IMG/VR virus record: IMGVR_UViG_3300032212_000065
Coordinates: 1-39,034 of that record
Direction: 5' to 3' (one strand)
DNA from: a virus
Taxonomy: Duplodnaviria > Caudoviricetes
Length of the DNA stretch: 39,034 bases
Part shown: piece by piece, positions 34,604 through 39,034 of the stretch
Layout: each line of letters starts with the position of its first letter
How positions within the stretch are numbered: position 1 is the stretch's first letter
Notes under the pieces: model-generated
Seen by the model: only the letters and a program-made list of their open reading frames with translations
What the model was told of the DNA's origin: nothing
Databases searched by the model: none
Position numbers and translations under genes: made by a program

Positions 34604-36373
34604 CTATTGGTTAACTAATAGTTTAGTGGCTTCGATGAGAAAGAGTTCTTCTTCTTTTAGCATTTTCAATTCCCGCTCAAGGGCTTCCATTGCGGAATAG
34701 TTCTTTTGCTTAATAACACGATTCGCCGCCTTGACTACCTTTTCGTTGGTTTGGGCTAGGATGATTCGTTTGTTTTTCTCAACTAAGTCAGCAAGGCGTT
34801 TTAACTCGTTGATTCGGTCTTGTTCGTTTTCTTCTTTCTGTAGACGTTCAGCGATTTCACGGTCAATCTTATCTTTTAACCGTTTGACCTTCTCGCGGCG
34901 TTTCTTGCGTTCTTCTTCCTCTTTCTGGCGATGTCGATATTCTAGATCATACCCAAACCAAAACCCGCCAGAATAAGCCTCTTCGCTCTCTTGAGTGGTA
35001 GACAGGGAACCAAGGAAGGTAACGGCGGTGGTACTGGTTAATTCTCCATTTCCGGTAAGTTGAGCAGACTCTCCAAAGCCAGTCGTAGCCGTGCCCGCTA
35101 GGGCGCCGGCATTCGATAAGACAGCGGACTCACCAAAAACCACCGCTTCGGTTGAATCAAGCGCGCCCGTTGCCGTTAATTGGGTGGAGGACGAAAACCC
35201 GACCAATGGAGCCGGAACCGTGGCCCAAGTCGGGGCGGTCTCCGTTGCGCCGAGATAAAAAGTAATGTCTCCGCTATTCGTCAAATCATCGCTAGCGGTC
35301 GTTCCGGTCCCTTCATCAAAGGGATAATAGCTGATTAGGTTGGATTCAGTCCCAGCAATCCCGGTAGGACCCGAGGCGTATCGAGCGGCTACTGAGGTTG
35401 GGGCAACATCCCAAAGGGTAAGAGCGGTATAATCGCCTTTAAAATCAGGCTGGTGATCTAGAAGATTGAGACTGGATAGTTTTTCAGCACCGAAGGTCCA
35501 GTTTCCTTGGCTAGCTGGGAAAGTCGCCCAGCTATTCCCGGTCCAGAACGTGGCATCAAAATCCGTCCGACCATTCGTGATCGTGACACTGTCTTGAATC
35601 GCGCCATCGACCCAAAGCTCGTAATCAATGTCATTAACGCCCGATTCTCGACCACCGATAACGATTTGGTGCCATTGATCATCAACAATACTCGGGACAT
35701 CACCCGTCACAGCAGGTTGCAACCAGACTAAATTGGTTCCATCCCCGATTAATCCTCGGACTCGACCCGAGCCATAGACCCCACAAGAGAACGTCCCATC
35801 GACCACATCGGTGTTATTATTACCGTCTATGATCCAGTTCATATATTGCCAAGTCGATCCACCCCCATAGGGATCATTCGGGGCGGTAGGAGTCGGATCT
35901 TCGGAGGCCCAATTCGTCGCCGCGTCGTTTCCGCCTCCGGCCACCGTCCCATAAGGGTAGGCATCGCTAGGTTTGACCCACATCTCAACGGAAAAATTGA
36001 AATCACTAACGAATAGATCGGCTATCGTGGAGAGTCGGCCATGATCGTCATCGCTGGGCTCAGCCGAATTGAAAACAAACGTTACACCGGCTACATCGGA
36101 GACCGAAGCCAAAGCCCCGGTCCCGGTTAACTGAGCCGATTCCCCGAAAACAACCGCTTCGGTAGCCGTAACATTACTGTTTTGAGCGGTAAGCTGGGCG
36201 GATTCACCAAATAAAACAGGCTCAGTCGCCGTTAGGGAAGCCGTTCCCGTGGCAGAGGCGGACTGCCCAAAAACAATCGGCGTCGTGGCTGATATAGCCC
36301 CAGAGGCAGCGACAACACCGGCTATAAAGAGGCGTCGAGGCGTGTAGTACCCTCGATAAGGCTTTCTAAACAT
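34604..36373 (-). CDS. Fibre-like protein with ~20-aa repeats, LamG/concanavalin-A-like domain and charged C-terminal coiled coil
   Basis: FSVEMWVK, DDQWHQIV, LWVDG, FKG....LW, LISYYPFDEGTGTTASD LamG motifs; FGESAQLT repeats. Confidence 0.8.
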   Translation of the reverse strand: MFRKPYRGYYTPRRLFIAGVVAASGAISATTPIVFGQSASATGTASLTATEPVLFGESAQLTAQNSNVTATEAVVFGESAQLTGTGALASVSDVAGVTFVFNSAEPSDDDHGRLSTIADLFVSDFNFSVEMWVKPSDAYPYGTVAGGGNDAATNWASEDPTPTAPNDPYGGGSTWQYMNWIIDGNNNTDVVDGTFSCGVYGSGRVRGLIGDGTNLVWLQPAVTGDVPSIVDDQWHQIVIGGRESGVNDIDYELWVDGAIQDSVTITNGRTDFDATFWTGNSWATFPASQGNWTFGAEKLSSLNLLDHQPDFKGDYTALTLWDVAPTSVAARYASGPTGIAGTESNLISYYPFDEGTGTTASDDLTNSGDITFYLGATETAPTWATVPAPLVGFSSSTQLTATGALDSTEAVVFGESAVLSNAGALAGTATTGFGESAQLTGNGELTSTTAVTFLGSLSTTQESEEAYSGGFWFGYDLEYRHRQKEEEERKKRREKVKRLKDKIDREIAERLQKEENEQDRINELKRLADLVEKNKRIILAQTNEKVVKAANRVIKQKNYSAMEALERELKMLKEEELFLIEATKLLVNQ

Positions 36374-36822
36374 TAGTCTAGGGTGATAGTTAGGGCGTTA
36401 ATCGCAAATTCTGGGGTAATGCCACTGGTGACCGCTAGACTCGCATCCAACGCACCGCTGAATAACAACGTGCCGACGCCACTTGCATCTGTACCAATAC
36501 CAAAATAAGTACAGGTGCTCGATCCACCCGTCGCCGCTGGAAACGTAATCGCGGCGTCATTGGTGACCGTGGCCGGATCAGCAGTAGCGGAGGTCCAACC
36601 CGCCGTTGATCGGGCGACCGCGACACGGGCGTAGCTGGTGTAGGTTGCTTCACTCGAGGTCTGATTGCCGGTCTCCGTCGGATCGGCGGTGTGAAGGCTG
36701 ATGTAATACGATCCAGGGGTCGTGGCACCAATTAACCCGCCCGCATCTCCGATTCCGGTATGATTTGCGTTTTCAAAATAAAGCGCCAGGATAGCGGCGG
36801 CGGTGGCGTTGGTTGCACTCAT
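36373..36822 (-). CDS. Conserved small virion/fibre-associated protein
   Basis: YISLHTADP...EATYTSYARVAV.R...N..AITFP..T motif common in phage structural regions. Confidence 0.75.
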   Translation of the reverse strand: MSATNATAAAILALYFENANHTGIGDAGGLIGATTPGSYYISLHTADPTETGNQTSSEATYTSYARVAVARSTAGWTSATADPATVTNDAAITFPAATGGSSTCTYFGIGTDASGVGTLLFSGALDASLAVTSGITPEFAINALTITLD

Positions 36823-36823
36823 A

Positions 36824-37279
36824 TTAAGCTCCTATTTCTTCGAAATACATCACGCCAGACATGGTTAGCGCGTCCGTTGGGGCGGTAGGCAGGTTGACTG
36901 TCACCACATCGCCCACCGGTACTACGATTCTTAGTTCTGGTGGCGGTAAATAAATAAACGGCATCGCAATATTCCAGCACTCAGCATGGACGGTTTGTGC
37001 GCCTGTCACTAAGGCCGTCGTATCATTAACGTTTAAGTCTGCGTTCGCCGCACTGTCGCCTGTATCAAGCTGGGCCTCTGCGGTCACATTGGTTAACGCA
37101 TCCGTGACGCGACGAAAGCGTACCGTTAAATTTTCGGCAGCCGCATCGCCCACATCTGAGTTTTGACTCAGGTAAACAGCATGAATAATGGCTGGTACCG
37201 TTACAGCCTCGATCTGAAAAAAGTCCTGAGCCAATGAGACCCCGATATCCTCAAATGACACGGTATAAATACGTCCCAT
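36824..37279 (-). CDS. Beta-rich virion accessory protein
   Basis: 151 aa, coupled in operon, GAGG RBS. Confidence 0.65.
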   Translation of the reverse strand: MGRIYTVSFEDIGVSLAQDFFQIEAVTVPAIIHAVYLSQNSDVGDAAAENLTVRFRRVTDALTNVTAEAQLDTGDSAANADLNVNDTTALVTGAQTVHAECWNIAMPFIYLPPPELRIVVPVGDVVTVNLPTAPTDALTMSGVMYFEEIGA

Positions 37280-37282
37280 AAA

Positions 37283-38800
37283 TTACCTCACTAAAATATG
37301 TTTAAATTGATTTCGGTGTAAATTTCCCACGACTAACGCGGCGCCACTCGCCGCATCGACATCCGCATCAAAACGGGCTTCGTTGGTATTGGCGCTGTTA
37401 AAATCCTCTACCGTTAAATAATCAAATCCAGCGGTGTTCACGTCTCGAATAATCACGACCAGGCTGTTGTTACTCGCCCAGCCCGCTCGATTCACAACGG
37501 TCTGAACATCTGAGGCTAAGTCGGTACTGGTGATGTCTTGGTTGTTTCCGGTTCCTAAGTTCGGCGTGGTGGTGGTATTCCACAATACGCCTGTGGTCAC
37601 CGCCCGACCGCTAATGTCATTGGTGGTCGTAGTAAACGTGCCCGCATTGTCCGCGTCTTGACAGTGAACCCGAAGCTCAGGCGTTCCAGACAATCCCGTC
37701 CGATACAGTGTCACCGAGGCCGAGTTGACCGTGGCCGCGTTATCAATCGGGACAGTTTGAAACCGAAACCCGGACTGCATGTTGGAGTTATTCCCAGAGG
37801 AGTAATCGCCCATATACAGTCTATTCGCGTACCCAGATAACCCAATCGCGCCGATGTTGTTTTCATGGGCGTCGTCTGAGTTAATCCCCACCGCTTCCGT
37901 CGTGATAGGCGGATCGATAATCAAATCACCTGGGAGTAGGTTGGCTATTTCACTGGACAGCGCGCCCAGGAACAAGTACCAAGTCCCTTGTTCTTTGTAG
38001 AGTCTTTTCCTAACCCGGACCCGACCGCCTCGATTGCGGACATAAATGGCCCCAGGAAGAATGACGCCTAAACGATTTAAATCAGCGTCTTCTAATTCAA
38101 CAAAGTCCCCTTCGAAATCATCGTCTTGGGTGTTTCGTTCGATTCGATCCGCTAAGACCCTGGGGATGTCTCGCCAAGTCAGTTCGTATCGAACCCCGAA
38201 ATAACCATCATTGCCTTGAGCCTGATAATAATCCCGAGCGGCTTGGTTGATAATTAGATCTTGTTTTAATTCAATGGAATTAGCATTAAAAATCCAGTCT
38301 ACGGCTCCGCCTCCGGGGGTGGTCCACACATTCGACCAGGTTCCGGTAAAGCCCCGATTCAATCTAATATTCGGCCCACCCTTGGCAAAATCGGCAGTAT
38401 GAATCTCAGTATTTAGATCACCAAAATCAGGGGCATTGGAAATATCAGTGTAAACCCGACTATCCCAATCGAAATAACCTAGCGATTCAGGGCGTAAACT
38501 AATCCAATGCTGGCCCTTCCTGCCCCCAAAAGAAAGCGTACCTTGAGGGGATTGTGCGCCCCTGGCAGGCGTGGTCTGAACCGTGACATGAAACCCGTTA
38601 CGGTTCATTAGATAGCCGTTAAGACGGCTATTATTGACCGGGTTTAGCATAAAGTCGTTTTCAGTGTCAAAATTGCCTGAGTCTAGGACGGATTCATGAT
38701 GCAGAGGGACCATGGAGCTGGATATCCACTTTCGGCCTGGTATTTGATCGTCCTCCCAAACCTTGGAATGTCGATCGCGTTGTTCATTAACCCAGGGCAC
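37283..38800 (-). CDS. Two-domain virion accessory protein with C-terminal putative carbohydrate-binding (DNRLRE-like) domain
   Basis: IIDP linker, then SDDAHE...GFRFQ.VPI..AATVNSA.VTLY...VQ.VVNR.GW pattern. Confidence 0.65.
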   Translation of the reverse strand: MPWVNEQRDRHSKVWEDDQIPGRKWISSSMVPLHHESVLDSGNFDTENDFMLNPVNNSRLNGYLMNRNGFHVTVQTTPARGAQSPQGTLSFGGRKGQHWISLRPESLGYFDWDSRVYTDISNAPDFGDLNTEIHTADFAKGGPNIRLNRGFTGTWSNVWTTPGGGAVDWIFNANSIELKQDLIINQAARDYYQAQGNDGYFGVRYELTWRDIPRVLADRIERNTQDDDFEGDFVELEDADLNRLGVILPGAIYVRNRGGRVRVRKRLYKEQGTWYLFLGALSSEIANLLPGDLIIDPPITTEAVGINSDDAHENNIGAIGLSGYANRLYMGDYSSGNNSNMQSGFRFQTVPIDNAATVNSASVTLYRTGLSGTPELRVHCQDADNAGTFTTTTNDISGRAVTTGVLWNTTTTPNLGTGNNQDITSTDLASDVQTVVNRAGWASNNSLVVIIRDVNTAGFDYLTVEDFNSANTNEARFDADVDAASGAALVVGNLHRNQFKHILVR

Positions 38801-39034
38801 TATCGGGCTCCGAGTTCATCAGTAACCATGCCAATGTTCCGTATCGCTCTGTGAGCTTTTCATGTGCGTCAGTCTTACTTTTAGCCTCGATAACCACATC
38901 TTCAAATGAATCACCATAAAGCGTCATGAAAGAAGCTTGAAATTGTTTAATGGTTTGCCTGACATGAAAGGCTTTTCGATCTTCTTTATCGACCCATAAC
39001 TCATGATCTTTTAACGACTCATATTCTAGATCTA
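38787..39034 (-). CDS. 3' part of the sulfotransferase-like gene across the junction
   Basis: Frame continues ...LYGD-SFEDVVIEAKSKTDAHEKLTERYGTLAWLLMNSEPDSALG-stop at 38787, overlapping the GTG start at 38800. Confidence 0.75.
   Translation of the reverse strand, partial: DLEYESLKDHELWVDKEDRKAFHVRQTIKQFQASFMTLYGDSFEDVVIEAKSKTDAHEKLTERYGTLAWLLMNSEPDSALG
38906..39034. repeat. Terminal direct repeat, copy 2
   Basis: 128/129 identical to 1-129. Confidence 0.95.

Noticed and set aside
16546-37840. Many alternative-frame and plus-strand ORFs of 60-180 aa within the structural and lysis genes
   Set aside because: Shadows of long, motif-supported minus-strand genes; none shows a lipobox or recognisable domain

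Overview
The window is an apparently complete, circularly assembled tailed-phage genome with a unit length of about 38,905 bp (bases 1-129 recur at 38906-39034). It has P22-like podovirus morphogenesis genes and lambdoid-style transcription layout, and the host is probably a Gram-negative proteobacterium (inference). A palindromic pair of divergent sigma-70 promoters at about 9.7 kb drives two early operons. The rightward one carries RecT, small ORFs, a PD-(D/E)XK nuclease and three tRNA-like RNAs. The leftward one carries an HTH protein, YopX, Lar, DUF551, a NinG-like HNH nuclease and a Q-like antiterminator. A pR'/tR'-like unit then opens a minus-strand late operon that runs across the assembly junction: secreted protein, sulfotransferase, lectin/fibre module, terminase, portal, scaffold, coat, tailspike, tail hub, ejection proteins and lysis genes. 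I could not recognise an integrase, CI repressor, ParA/ParB, initiator, helicase, primase, polymerase or SSB. Highlights: (1) a cluster of tRNA-shaped RNAs whose anticodon arm is replaced by large structured inserts, two of them paralogues with covarying stems; (2) two chromosomal-type parS sites without parAB; (3) a hairpin-dense non-coding block where replication genes usually sit; (4) a minimal YadA-type outer-membrane anchor protein in the lysis cassette; (5) an HExxH metallopeptidase-like domain at the N-terminus of the gp7-like ejection protein. All calls are by eye, with no database searches.
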